Positions 9,413 through 18,552 of a DNA stretch of 64,000 nucleotides are shown here, piece after piece. The translations under genes were made by a program, and so were the position numbers. Source of the DNA: Candidatus Jorgensenbacteria bacterium (GTDB lineage: Bacteria > Patescibacteriota > Minisyncoccia > UBA6257 > GWB1-50-10); NCBI GenBank assembly GCA_011050075.1, contig DRGK01000017.1:39838-103837 (forward strand). Direction: 5' to 3'. Positions within the stretch are counted from its first letter, which is position 1, and each line of letters starts with the position of its first letter. The notes beneath the pieces were generated by a model that made no database searches, was not told the DNA's origin, and saw only the letters and a program-made list of their open reading frames with translations.

Positions 9413-10027
9413 TTATTGCGGTAGCAAAATTTTGATACTCTTAATCACCACCTCATCAATTGGTCTGTCCGGACCTTCGGTAGGGGAGTTTTCAATTGCT
9501 GCAACAACGTCTGTTCCTGCTATTACCTTTCCGAATACGGTGTGTTTAGTATCAAGAAAGCTGTTATCAGCGGTGTTGATGAAGAATTGGCTGCCGTTCG
9601 TGTTCGGTCCGGAGTTTGCCATCGCAATGGTACCGGCAATGTTACGGTTGTTTGCGTGAATCTCATCGGCGAACTGGTAGCCGGGACCGCCCGTACCCCA
9701 TATACCTTTCTGTGAATCGTCCTTGCTTAACGGATCACCGCTCTGAATCATAAATCCCTTAATTACGCGGTGGAACTTTACGCCGTCATAGAAGCCCTCG
9801 TTAGCAAGTTTTACGAAGTTTTCCACTGTTTTTGGAGCGTCGGACGCAAAAAGTTCCAGTTCAATATCACCAAAGTTTGTTTTCATTATCGCAACCGCAC
9901 TCACACCCGCGCCGGATATATCTAATGAGACGCTTACGTCGGGCACTGCTACTTTGTCTTGTATGAGCATAAAGAAAGCTCCCAGTAGTGCAATTGCGAC
10001 GATTAATAGAATGTATGTTTTGTTCAT
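9413..10027 (-). CDS. ppiB: Peptidyl-prolyl cis-trans isomerase, cyclophilin type, with N-terminal signal/anchor
   Basis: Cyclophilin signatures FHRVIKGFMIQSGDP and GTGGPGYQFADE. Confidence 0.85.
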   Translation of the reverse strand: MNKTYILLIVAIALLGAFFMLIQDKVAVPDVSVSLDISGAGVSAVAIMKTNFGDIELELFASDAPKTVENFVKLANEGFYDGVKFHRVIKGFMIQSGDPLSKDDSQKGIWGTGGPGYQFADEIHANNRNIAGTIAMANSGPNTNGSQFFINTADNSFLDTKHTVFGKVIAGTDVVAAIENSPTEGPDRPIDEVVIKSIKILLPQ

Positions 10028-10050
10028 GGTATTTGTTTTAAACGTTACGC

Positions 10051-10689
10051 TTATTTAAATATGTCCTTGTTATTTTTTAACATATTTTCATACTCGTTGA
10101 CAATGTCGTTATCCAGTCCTTGTTTCAAGACAAGTAGAAGTTCTTCATAATACAGCAACTTCTTATCCTTCGGTTGGTGGAACTTTTTCCACATAGCGTC
10201 TCCTTCAATCTTGTGATAATCAATCAACGATTGGATGTTGTGTATCTTGTCTGCCGCTGCAACAAAAAACGAGCCTTCTTCAGCTCGCCTTAGATTTTCA
10301 ATATATTGTTTTAAGCTATCGGTTATTGTGACTCCTTCTACAATGTTCGTTACTCGCTGTCCAAACTCCTTTACCATTTTTTCTTTTGTGTACTCTGGGA
10401 CATCTTCCAGTATATCGTGTAAAAGACCTGCAATGATAATGTCTTCGTCATCCGTGTAGTTGGATAATATGACTGCGACAGAAAATGGATGCACAACATA
10501 TGGATAACCACCATTTCTTCTCTCCTGATTCTTATGTAAAACAGCGGATGTATTTATAGCTTTCTGTATTTCAGGCGTTAGTTTAAACATTCTGTAGTTT
10601 AGTATATCAAATTTGGTGCGCGATGCTACTTGTGAGTTATAATAAAAACAATGCAGAGCGAGATAAAACGGTGTCAGAACTGTAAACAA
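10051..10689 (-). CDS. HD-domain hydrolase of the RelA/SpoT (RSH) family, small alarmone hydrolase-like
   Basis: HPFSVAVIL…LLHDILEDV matches the SpoT HD motif (HPLEVA…LLHDxVED); no synthetase domain. The start is probably the internal Met (MFKLTPEIQKA…, ~10590), because the long ORF start overlaps the divergent gene at 10651. Confidence 0.7.
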   Translation of the reverse strand: MFTVLTPFYLALHCFYYNSQVASRTKFDILNYRMFKLTPEIQKAINTSAVLHKNQERRNGGYPYVVHPFSVAVILSNYTDDEDIIIAGLLHDILEDVPEYTKEKMVKEFGQRVTNIVEGVTITDSLKQYIENLRRAEEGSFFVAAADKIHNIQSLIDYHKIEGDAMWKKFHQPKDKKLLYYEELLLVLKQGLDNDIVNEYENMLKNNKDIFK

Positions 10690-12438
10690 GAGTTCACTAT
10701 TGAACCTGACGACTTTGTATTTTACGAGAAAATAGACGTTCCGCCTCCAACATGGTGTCCGGAGTGTAGGCTCATCAGGCGACTTTGTTTTAATAACCAG
10801 CGAAGCTTATACAAGCGGGAATGTAACCTCTGTAAGAACGCCACTATCTCTATGTACTCATCAGATGCACCGTTTCCCGTGTACTGTCCACGGTGCTGGT
10901 GGTCCGATGATTGGGACCCAATGGAGTACGGTAGAGAATACGATTTTTCAAAATCACTCCTTGAGCAGATACGAGAACTCCAACTGGTAACACCAGTTCC
11001 AGCACTCTCAACTCGTCACCAGACACTCACCAACAGTGAGTACGTCAACATGGCGCACAATTTGAAGAACTGCTATTTGCTATTCAACTCTGACTATGAC
11101 GAAGGGTGTGCATACGGTTCTGAGGTAGAGAACTCGGAGGATTCATTTGACATGATGATGGCAGAATCGTGTCACCTGTCTTATGAGAGTATAAACTGTA
11201 TTAAGTGTTACAGAACCTTCTTTTCTGTGGACTGCAAGGACAGCCAAGATATCTGGTTTTCAAGAAACTTAGTGAACTGCACGAACTGCTTTGGGTGTAC
11301 TAACCTACGTAACAAGAAGTACTACATATTCAATGAGCCACACACAGAAGAGGAGTATCTCGAGAAATTGAAGGAGTTTAATCTTGGCTCTAAGAAGAGC
11401 ATACAAACTGCAAAAGAAAAAGCTCTTGAACTCCACATGAAGTTCCCACGCAAGTTTATGCATGGGAGCCATAATGTTGACGTATCTGGTGACTACGTAC
11501 ATAACTCAAAGGACGTCCACAACACTTTTATTGGAACGGGGTCCGAGCACTGCAGGTATTGTATGTGGTTAATCATTAAAGGAAACAAGGACTGCTACGA
11601 CTTCACCCAGTTTGGAGAAAATACGCAGAATGTGTATGAAACGGTGGGTAGCGGTATTAACCTAAACAATGTTAAGTTCAGTGCCATCTGTGTGGGGGAC
11701 GTACACAACGTTGAGTACACACAGCACTGTTTCGGAGGAGCATATCTCCTCGCCTGCATCGGCTTACGCAACAAACAACACTGCATCCTCAATAAACAGT
11801 ACAGTAAGGAATCCTTCGACAAGCTCAGGGCAGGTGTAATCGAACATATGAACACTATACCGTACACAGATAATAGTGGAAGAACGTACAGGTACGGAGA
11901 GTTCTTTCCCTCAGAACTTTCACCCTTCGCGTACAACGAGACCATCGCTCAGGAATACTTCCCGCTAACAAAGAAAGAAGCAGAAGAACAAGGATACCTG
12001 TGGCGCGAACCAGACACTAAGGATCACAAAATCACAAAGAATGTAGATAGTCTTCCAGACCACATCAGCGACATAGACGACGGCATTCTCAAGGAAACTA
12101 TTGGTTGTGAACACGAAGGAAAGTGTAACGAGCAGTGCACGACTGCTTTCAAGGTAATTTCCTCAGAACTCCAGTTCTACAAGAAAATGAACCTCCCGCT
12201 CCCAAGACTATGTCCAAACTGCAGGCATTACCAACGTCTCAAGCAGCGGAATCCACTGCAGCTCTGTCACCGGAAGTGCACGTGCGATGGTGTGAAATCG
12301 GAGAACGGTGCGTACAAGAACACAGCTGAGCACTTCCACGGCACTGACCACTGTCCCAATGAGTTTGAAACTCCATACGCACCAGAGCGAAAGGAAATAG
12401 TTTACTGCGAGCAGTGTTATCAGACAGAAGTGGTTTAA
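10651..12438 (+). CDS. Large cysteine-rich protein (595 aa) with paired zinc-ribbon motifs at both termini; function unknown
   Basis: N-terminal CQNCKQ…CPECR and CNLCKN…CPRCW; C-terminal CPNCRHY…CHRKCTC and CPNEF…CEQCY; internal repeated NCxxC units; no signal peptide; TATAAT 8 nt upstream of the ATG. Confidence 0.6.
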   Translation: MQSEIKRCQNCKQEFTIEPDDFVFYEKIDVPPPTWCPECRLIRRLCFNNQRSLYKRECNLCKNATISMYSSDAPFPVYCPRCWWSDDWDPMEYGREYDFSKSLLEQIRELQLVTPVPALSTRHQTLTNSEYVNMAHNLKNCYLLFNSDYDEGCAYGSEVENSEDSFDMMMAESCHLSYESINCIKCYRTFFSVDCKDSQDIWFSRNLVNCTNCFGCTNLRNKKYYIFNEPHTEEEYLEKLKEFNLGSKKSIQTAKEKALELHMKFPRKFMHGSHNVDVSGDYVHNSKDVHNTFIGTGSEHCRYCMWLIIKGNKDCYDFTQFGENTQNVYETVGSGINLNNVKFSAICVGDVHNVEYTQHCFGGAYLLACIGLRNKQHCILNKQYSKESFDKLRAGVIEHMNTIPYTDNSGRTYRYGEFFPSELSPFAYNETIAQEYFPLTKKEAEEQGYLWREPDTKDHKITKNVDSLPDHISDIDDGILKETIGCEHEGKCNEQCTTAFKVISSELQFYKKMNLPLPRLCPNCRHYQRLKQRNPLQLCHRKCTCDGVKSENGAYKNTAEHFHGTDHCPNEFETPYAPERKEIVYCEQCYQTEVV

Positions 12439-13037
12439 GAAAGCTTCTTTATGTTCTCCAGTAGTTCAGGAAATTCTTCCTGATTGAAATGCTCTCTGTC
12501 TTTGAATACGTACAGCTTTGCCCTAGGCAGCTGTTCTTTATATTTTTTGGCATCAATAAATGTAACAACAGGGTCGTCCTCACTGTGGTAGATAAAAACG
12601 TTACCACCTTGTGTGCTAAGTTTTTTAAGGTTTTTGGGCAATACAAAATCATTCAGTGAGTACTCTGAGTTTTTATCATCATACGGAGGCGCGATAAGAT
12701 ATGTTGCCCGTATCTTTTTAGGAAAATCGTTTTCAGATAAGTACTTTACTAAGAAAATGCCTCCCAATGAGTGTCCTATGAGCACGATGTTATCTCGTAG
12801 GAAGGGGAGGAGCTTTTCAAACCATATCTTCCACTCGTTGTACTTGGCGTTATTGGGATTCGGCATCTTTGGGATAATAATATCAAACGTTTCTTCAAGT
12901 TCGGTTTTGAGCCAGCTCTTCCAACCCTTACGTCCCAGGCGTTCAAAATCAAGCTCAAGATTTTTGAGATCGCTAAGATACTCATCATACGTATCAAACG
13001 TGCTTCCTCCGTTAATGATTAGTATTTGTTGCTTCAT
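12435..13037 (-). CDS. Alpha/beta-fold serine hydrolase (YdeN/RBBP9-like esterase)
   Basis: Nucleophile elbow GHSLGG; ~200 aa. Start taken at the internal Met (MKQQILIINGG), which abuts the upstream gene. Confidence 0.6.
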   Translation of the reverse strand: MKQQILIINGGSTFDTYDEYLSDLKNLELDFERLGRKGWKSWLKTELEETFDIIIPKMPNPNNAKYNEWKIWFEKLLPFLRDNIVLIGHSLGGIFLVKYLSENDFPKKIRATYLIAPPYDDKNSEYSLNDFVLPKNLKKLSTQGGNVFIYHSEDDPVVTFIDAKKYKEQLPRAKLYVFKDREHFNQEEFPELLENIKKLS

Positions 13038-13038
13038 G

Positions 13039-13380
13039 TTACCGCAGCTTATCTCCGATATTGACCGAATTTTTCGCCGTTGTTGCGAGAATCCAACCAC
13101 TCCCTTCTGTGTTTTTAAATCCGAGCGTGAGTACTTCTGAAGTAAATTTACCGATACGCTTCGGTGGAAAGTTTACCACACAAAGCACAAGCATACCTAC
13201 CAATTCTTCTTTGGTGTGTGCTCCAACCAGTTGCACGCTTGACGTTTTCGTACCGATTTCTGGACCGAATTCAATCTTCAATTTGAAAGCGGGCTTGTGT
13301 GCCTCAGGAAAATCCTGTACATCAACAATTTTTCCGAGCCGGATATCTACTTTCTCAAAATCTTCATAAGTAATTTGCAT
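13039..13380 (-). CDS. csaA: tRNA-binding domain protein (CsaA/Trbp111/EMAP-like)
   Basis: GKIVDVQDFPEAHKPAFKLKIEFG…VLCVVNFPPKRIG, OB-fold tRNA-binding signature; start chosen at MQITYEDFEKVDIRLGKIV. Confidence 0.65.
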   Translation of the reverse strand: MQITYEDFEKVDIRLGKIVDVQDFPEAHKPAFKLKIEFGPEIGTKTSSVQLVGAHTKEELVGMLVLCVVNFPPKRIGKFTSEVLTLGFKNTEGSGWILATTAKNSVNIGDKLR

Positions 13381-13387
13381 GTTTTTA

Positions 13388-14152
13388 TTATAGATACTCA
13401 AGCAGGCGATCATAGTTAATAAAATCAAGCCACTGATAGCCATACTGAATGACAAGTCCGAAATTGTCGGTTGCAAGAAGGATTCCTAAGAAGATTAAGA
13501 ATATACCTCCTACAACAGAAACCGTTTTGAGATACTTTGAAATCTTTTCAATATACACTGTAGCTTTTGAAAAGAGGGCTGCGATAGCAAGAAACGGCAG
13601 TGCAAGTCCTGCAGAGAATACAGTGAGCATAAAACCTCCTTCAAGTGCCGTACCTGATGTTCCCGCGAGAAAAAGAACGGATCCTAAAATAGGACCTACG
13701 CATGGCGTCCAACCAAGAGCGAAGGTTCCACCGATAAAAAGGGAACTAAATGGCTTGCCGAGCGTAAGCCATTTAGGAATTGGTATGCGTTTGTCACCTT
13801 GAAAAAAGGGAAGCTTGAAAAAACCGAGCATAAAAAGACCGAAAAGGATGACAAAAATACCGCCTAATCGAGCAAACCAAATACGGTATGGCGCGAGCAC
13901 GGCTCCTGCAAATCCTGCCATTACGCCAAAGAAAATAAATACTGCAGAAAAACCACCTATAAACGCTAGACCGTTCAAAAATATTTTACGGCGGGCACCC
14001 CGAGCGGTCTTTGGATTTTTAAGCGCTTCACTATCAACACCACTAATAAAACCCAGATATGCCGGCAAAATGGGAAGTGTGCAGGGGGCAAGGAAGGTAA
14101 GAATTCCCGCAAAAAAAGCTGCTGCAATAAATCCAACACTTATCTCAATCAT
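13388..14152 (-). CDS. ccdA: Cytochrome c-type biogenesis protein CcdA (DsbD-family thiol-disulfide membrane transporter)
   Basis: 6 TM; conserved Cys pair motifs (FLAPCTLPILPAYLGF and WTPCVGPILGSVL). Confidence 0.8.
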   Translation of the reverse strand: MIEISVGFIAAAFFAGILTFLAPCTLPILPAYLGFISGVDSEALKNPKTARGARRKIFLNGLAFIGGFSAVFIFFGVMAGFAGAVLAPYRIWFARLGGIFVILFGLFMLGFFKLPFFQGDKRIPIPKWLTLGKPFSSLFIGGTFALGWTPCVGPILGSVLFLAGTSGTALEGGFMLTVFSAGLALPFLAIAALFSKATVYIEKISKYLKTVSVVGGIFLIFLGILLATDNFGLVIQYGYQWLDFINYDRLLEYL

Positions 14153-14685
14153 AATGAAGCCTCGTTAATGCTTATAATCTTTTCTGTATGTTCTCGCATT
14201 TCATTTAAGTCCATAGGCCCACGCTTGTGCACAACAATATCTCCATCTTCATTCACAAAAATAGTTTCTGGCATTGAGAATCCGCCTATCGATTTATAAA
14301 ACGAATCAGATGGATCGAGAAGAAATACCATATCGTTGGTAATATCTAACTCGTCCGTATACCCTTTTACTTTTTCTAAGGGTTCTTGTCGGTCAATTGC
14401 GATAACAGTGATGCGGTCTCCAAATTCTTTTTGGAGTCCTGAAAAATCAGAAAGTTCTTCTCGACAGAAGGGACACCACACCGCCCAACTGTTTATGACA
14501 ACCGGTCTTCCTTTAAACTCTGCAAGTGAAACAGTATTCCCTTCATAGGAGATTAAAGAAATATGAGTGAGTCGTTCAAAGTCACTTTGAATTGTGTCTG
14601 TCTCAATATTGCGATTTGGTAGTACGAAAAATAATACTCCTGCGATAATAATGACGCCTATGCCAATAATAATATTTCGCTGCAT
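14149..14685 (-). CDS. Thioredoxin-fold thiol-disulfide oxidoreductase (TlpA/ResA family), membrane-anchored
   Basis: N-terminal anchor; active site WCPFC inside a thioredoxin fold; translationally coupled to ccdA. Confidence 0.8.
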   Translation of the reverse strand: MQRNIIIGIGVIIIAGVLFFVLPNRNIETDTIQSDFERLTHISLISYEGNTVSLAEFKGRPVVINSWAVWCPFCREELSDFSGLQKEFGDRITVIAIDRQEPLEKVKGYTDELDITNDMVFLLDPSDSFYKSIGGFSMPETIFVNEDGDIVVHKRGPMDLNEMREHTEKIISINEASL

Positions 14686-14708
14686 ATCACACTAATTATT
14701 ACAAACAA

Positions 14709-15329
14709 CTAGAAACCTCCAGGGTCCGTTTGTACGCCACGAACTTTTTCCGGCCCACGATTATCATACCGACGAATAAAATCTTCGATGCGCTGTTCAT
14801 CAACTGCGCCGTTTTCAATATTGAACGTATCAACACGACCCCACGCAACAAGTGAAATATCTCCTTCGTTTTCTGAGCGCGGAGACACAATAACATATCG
14901 CCCCGAAAACTTTTTAAGTACAGACTTTGATGTATCACTTATTCGTGGATGATACGCAATCCATATATCTCCGTGTTCAAGATTATGAATAACTGTCTCA
15001 TCAGAAATGGATTCATTATAAAAACCTCCGTTGGCAGGTTGTGCGTAATGCCAACCCGAAGACGATGGGTTGGAGTTGTATGGGGAATGTGAAGAACCAC
15101 TGGCAATATGCACTGCTTCTTGAGGGGTATATGCAGTGCTAAAATCTTCTCCTTGTGGAGCAGTTGAACGCATAAAAAGTGATCCACCGTATCCAATAAG
15201 AACAAGAATCACAACCCATATACTGAAGCGTAGTAACGATTTTATTTTTTTTCTAACCAATGCACGTTTACGCTGCTCATTACGTATACGTTCGCGTTCC
15301 TGTTTTTTAATTTCGTAATCGTTTTTCAT
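14709..15329 (-). CDS. Membrane-anchored hypothetical protein (basic N-terminal tail, one TM, extracytoplasmic domain)
   Basis: MKNDYEIKKQERERIRNEQRKR…TM…; the start at 15329 avoids overlap with the upstream gene. Confidence 0.45.
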   Translation of the reverse strand: MKNDYEIKKQERERIRNEQRKRALVRKKIKSLLRFSIWVVILVLIGYGGSLFMRSTAPQGEDFSTAYTPQEAVHIASGSSHSPYNSNPSSSGWHYAQPANGGFYNESISDETVIHNLEHGDIWIAYHPRISDTSKSVLKKFSGRYVIVSPRSENEGDISLVAWGRVDTFNIENGAVDEQRIEDFIRRYDNRGPEKVRGVQTDPGGF

Positions 15330-15340
15330 ATGCCCGATTA

Positions 15341-16354
15341 TTATTGTAATAGTTCTGTTTCCGGGTGCACTGCGAGCCACGAAAACCAGAAACCAGGAAT
15401 GGAGGATAGTGGTTTCTGGTCAGCTTCAAAACGAATTTCACCCGAGTCTGTACGTGTAATAACAATATTTTTTCCGGCGAAGACATCCTCAATCTCTCCT
15501 GCTGTCGTTTTTAACACTTCAGCGGTATAAGCCTTATATTGCCCGTCTATTTCAATACCATGTACAAGCGCCTTGGGATGAAGCCGTGTGTCATCGAATG
15601 TTGCACCGAATGACACCGATTCACTCGTGTAATAATCACCGTATGGATCACGACCATAATTACGTGCTGCTCCCGTGTCTTGCGATAGTACTTTCGTGTC
15701 GGGATGCGCATTTTTCCAGTCACCCCAGCGCACAACATCTGAACGAATGATTGCGAGTTTGTTGCCGGTATACACACCAAGCACTGCCTCTCCTAAAACT
15801 TGCGACCAGAGCGACTCATTTTCTTCACTCTCTGCACGGTTATACATCAATAGATTTGATTGCCACAATCTACCGGATACACCAAACTCCTGCGGTACAC
15901 CATCAACGATAGGGTCAAACACAATTCCCGTAGCACAGAGTGGGCAGTAAGTTACCAGTATAGGTTGTCCTTGGATTGTATCGTTGACAATCTCGTGCCA
16001 GACAAGAATACGGTATGGGTAGAAGCGGCTTTCTTCTCCCACGGTAAGACCGAGTCCCGGGTTAGAGTCTTCAAGAAACGTTGCCTCTTTTACACTGATG
16101 AATTTTGGATTATCAATGGAAGGAATACCGTCCTTTCCGGGTCCTCCTGAGAGAATTTCGTTCAGCGGAATTGAGTGCTTGGTTCCGTCTGTTATAAGAA
16201 TTTCTCTTTGTGATGTCATGGCTTGTATTTCAAAACTCTCATGCTGTTCCTTCAGTCCTGTTGGCAGCGGGAACTGTTTGTTCTGAAAATACCACACTGT
16301 TCCCAGCACACTGATAATTATTAGAATAAAAATAATAATGGTTAGGGGCTTCAT
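15341..16354 (-). CDS. Secreted hypothetical protein with CPLC motif (DUF3179-like)
   Basis: Signal peptide MKPLTIIIFILIIISVLG; …ILVTYCPLCATGIVFD…; same strand as the ccdA/tlpA cluster. Confidence 0.45.
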   Translation of the reverse strand: MKPLTIIIFILIIISVLGTVWYFQNKQFPLPTGLKEQHESFEIQAMTSQREILITDGTKHSIPLNEILSGGPGKDGIPSIDNPKFISVKEATFLEDSNPGLGLTVGEESRFYPYRILVWHEIVNDTIQGQPILVTYCPLCATGIVFDPIVDGVPQEFGVSGRLWQSNLLMYNRAESEENESLWSQVLGEAVLGVYTGNKLAIIRSDVVRWGDWKNAHPDTKVLSQDTGAARNYGRDPYGDYYTSESVSFGATFDDTRLHPKALVHGIEIDGQYKAYTAEVLKTTAGEIEDVFAGKNIVITRTDSGEIRFEADQKPLSSIPGFWFSWLAVHPETELLQ

Positions 16355-16376
16355 GTTGGTTGCAGTATACCAGAAT

Positions 16377-16415
16377 CATACTCCTCAGTCTCATGCACGC
16401 AGACTGAGGAGTATG
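16377..16415. promoter_or_regulatory. Perfect 15-bp inverted repeat (CATACTCCTCAGTCT-N9-AGACTGAGGAGTATG), candidate operator or insulator next to the zur promoter
   Basis: Read directly from the sequence; sits immediately 5' of the -35 box. Confidence 0.45.
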
Positions 16416-16417
16416 TA

Positions 16418-16447
16418 TTGACAAATGCAACTCGGTTGCGTTAAAAT
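16418..16447 (+). promoter_or_regulatory. Sigma70-type promoter for zur-znuACB
   Basis: TTGACA-N17/18-TAAAAT, ending ~7 nt before the zur ATG at 16454. Confidence 0.55.
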
Positions 16448-16453
16448 AATAAT

Positions 16454-16894
16454 ATGAGTTACGCTATTGCCATCATTGATCAACTCCGTAATAAAAAGTT
16501 TCGAATCACTCGATTACGAAAAGCTTTAATTGAAGAACTTGGAATCTCAAAAAAACCACTCTCTGTTGAAGAAATAATTAAACATCTCAGAAAAAGAAAG
16601 GTTATTGTTCATAAAACTTCTGTTTATCGACAACTCATCTTTCTCATGGAGCAAGATGAAGTGAGAAAGGTGACTTTTGGAGAAAAGGGAGATAGATTTG
16701 AGCTTACCGTCATGCATCACCACCATGCTGTATGCCAGAAGTGTGGAGAGGTTGAAGACCTTTTATACTTAGAGAGTAATATAAAACAAATGGAGCAGAC
16801 GTTTTTGAAAAAACGATTTAAAGTCGAACGTCACCTTGTAGAATTTTTGGGACTTTGTAAAAAATGTCAAAAAGAAAAAACTAAAACAATATGA
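16454..16894 (+). CDS. zur: Fur-family transcriptional regulator (zinc uptake regulator Zur-like)
   Basis: wHTH N-terminus; HHHAVCQKCGEVED and CKKCQKE metal-site motifs; first gene of a znu operon. Confidence 0.75.
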   Translation: MSYAIAIIDQLRNKKFRITRLRKALIEELGISKKPLSVEEIIKHLRKRKVIVHKTSVYRQLIFLMEQDEVRKVTFGEKGDRFELTVMHHHHAVCQKCGEVEDLLYLESNIKQMEQTFLKKRFKVERHLVEFLGLCKKCQKEKTKTI

Positions 16895-17793
16895 AAAAGA
16901 TATTCATTGTCATTTTCTTGGTTATCATTTCTGTTGGCTCTGCTGTTACGTATAAAATAGTTATAACGGAACCTACAGAAACAGAAAAACTTAAAATCAC
17001 AACGAGCTTTTATCCACTCGCTGAGTTTGCTCGGCAGGTTGGAGGAAAAAATGTGGAAGTCATAAACATAACACCACCCGGTTCTGAACCGCATGATTAT
17101 GAGCCAACGCCACAAGATATTGTACATGTGAACTCATCTGAAATTTTCATTTTCAATGGAAGCAGTTTTGATCCATGGGCAGAGAAAATTGCGCCGAAGC
17201 TTGAGGAGGAGGGGATTAAAGTATTACGCATGACCGAGTATTTTGATTTGATTGGAACTGATGATGGTTCAGACCCACATATTTGGTTGAATCCGATATT
17301 AGCTAAGCAAGAAGTTGAGATTATTCGTGATACCCTTCAAAAAATTGACCCGACGAACAGTAGTATGTATAACGATAATGCTCAACAGTATCTTGGAAAA
17401 CTATCAGAGCTTGACCAAAAATTTCGAACAGGGCTGGCTTCTTGTGAACTTAGGGAAGCAATCGTTTCCCATGCAGCATTTGGCTACCTCGCAGAGCGGT
17501 ATGATATAGATATAATTTCAATTGCTGGAATATCTCCGGAGGAAGAACCATCACTGCGCCGACTGGGAGAAATAGCCAAACTTGCTCAAGAAAAAAACAT
17601 CAACTACATTTTCTTTGAAACACTGATAAGCCCAAAGTTGGCAGAAACCATAGCTCAAGAAATAGGAGCAGAGACACTCGTACTTAATCCTGTTGAGGGC
17701 CTTACTGACGAAGAAATTGAATCTGGTAAAAGTTATATATCGGAAATGGAAAAAAATCTCAGTAATTTACAACGCGCACTGGTATGCACATAA
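16891..17793 (+). CDS. znuA: Metal ABC transporter substrate-binding protein (ZnuA/TroA family)
   Basis: Signal peptide; cluster 9 solute-binding protein fold with conserved His/Asp (EPHDYEPT, DPHIWLNP); start overlaps the zur stop. Confidence 0.8.
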   Translation: MKKIFIVIFLVIISVGSAVTYKIVITEPTETEKLKITTSFYPLAEFARQVGGKNVEVINITPPGSEPHDYEPTPQDIVHVNSSEIFIFNGSSFDPWAEKIAPKLEEEGIKVLRMTEYFDLIGTDDGSDPHIWLNPILAKQEVEIIRDTLQKIDPTNSSMYNDNAQQYLGKLSELDQKFRTGLASCELREAIVSHAAFGYLAERYDIDIISIAGISPEEEPSLRRLGEIAKLAQEKNINYIFFETLISPKLAETIAQEIGAETLVLNPVEGLTDEEIESGKSYISEMEKNLSNLQRALVCT

Positions 17794-18548
17794 CAGACAA
17801 GAATACATGTATAGAGGTTGAAAATGTAAGCTTTCGATATGACGGCGATTCCGTTTTAGAGAATGTTACTTTTTCAGTTAATGCGGGTGAATACATGGGC
17901 ATTATTGGACCCAACGGTGGCGGGAAAACCACGCTGCTCAAAATAATTCTTGGATTGCTTGAGCCAACGACTGGTACGGTAAAGATTTTTGGGAATGAGG
18001 TGGGAAAATCCAAGAAAGCACTTCTTCAAATTGGTTATGTTCCCCAGAGGATATCTCGGGGAGATTTTCATTTTCCTGCGACTGTTGAAGAAATTGTTGC
18101 TAGCGGAAGAACTGCACGTAGGGGACTGCTCAAATGGTTTAATAAAGAAGATAAGACGGCAATAGAAGAAGCAATGGAAACTACCGAGATAACAGGATAC
18201 AGAAATCGGTCTATGAACAAACTATCCGGAGGAGAACAGCAGAAGGTTTTTATTGCGAGAGCCCTTGCAGGAGAACCTAAAATCTTGATTCTTGATGAAC
18301 CGGTGGTCGGTGTAGATATTACTTCTCAAGAAAAATTTTATGCATTCTTACAAAAAATAAATCAGCAATTCGGACTTACCATTATCTTCGTGTCGCACGA
18401 TATTGATGTTATTGCTCATCAAGTAAAATCTGTCTTATGTATCAATCGTGAACTCGTGTGCCACGGATCGCCAAAAGAATTTATTAAAGAAGAATTTATG
18501 GAAAAACTGTATGGTAAAAAGGTTAAATTTATCTTGCACGGACACTAA
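17784..18548 (+). CDS. znuC: Metal ABC transporter ATP-binding protein
   Basis: Walker A GPNGGGKTT, ABC signature LSGGEQQ, Walker B ILILDEP. Confidence 0.85.
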   Translation: MHITDKNTCIEVENVSFRYDGDSVLENVTFSVNAGEYMGIIGPNGGGKTTLLKIILGLLEPTTGTVKIFGNEVGKSKKALLQIGYVPQRISRGDFHFPATVEEIVASGRTARRGLLKWFNKEDKTAIEEAMETTEITGYRNRSMNKLSGGEQQKVFIARALAGEPKILILDEPVVGVDITSQEKFYAFLQKINQQFGLTIIFVSHDIDVIAHQVKSVLCINRELVCHGSPKEFIKEEFMEKLYGKKVKFILHGH

Positions 18549-18552
18549 ATAT

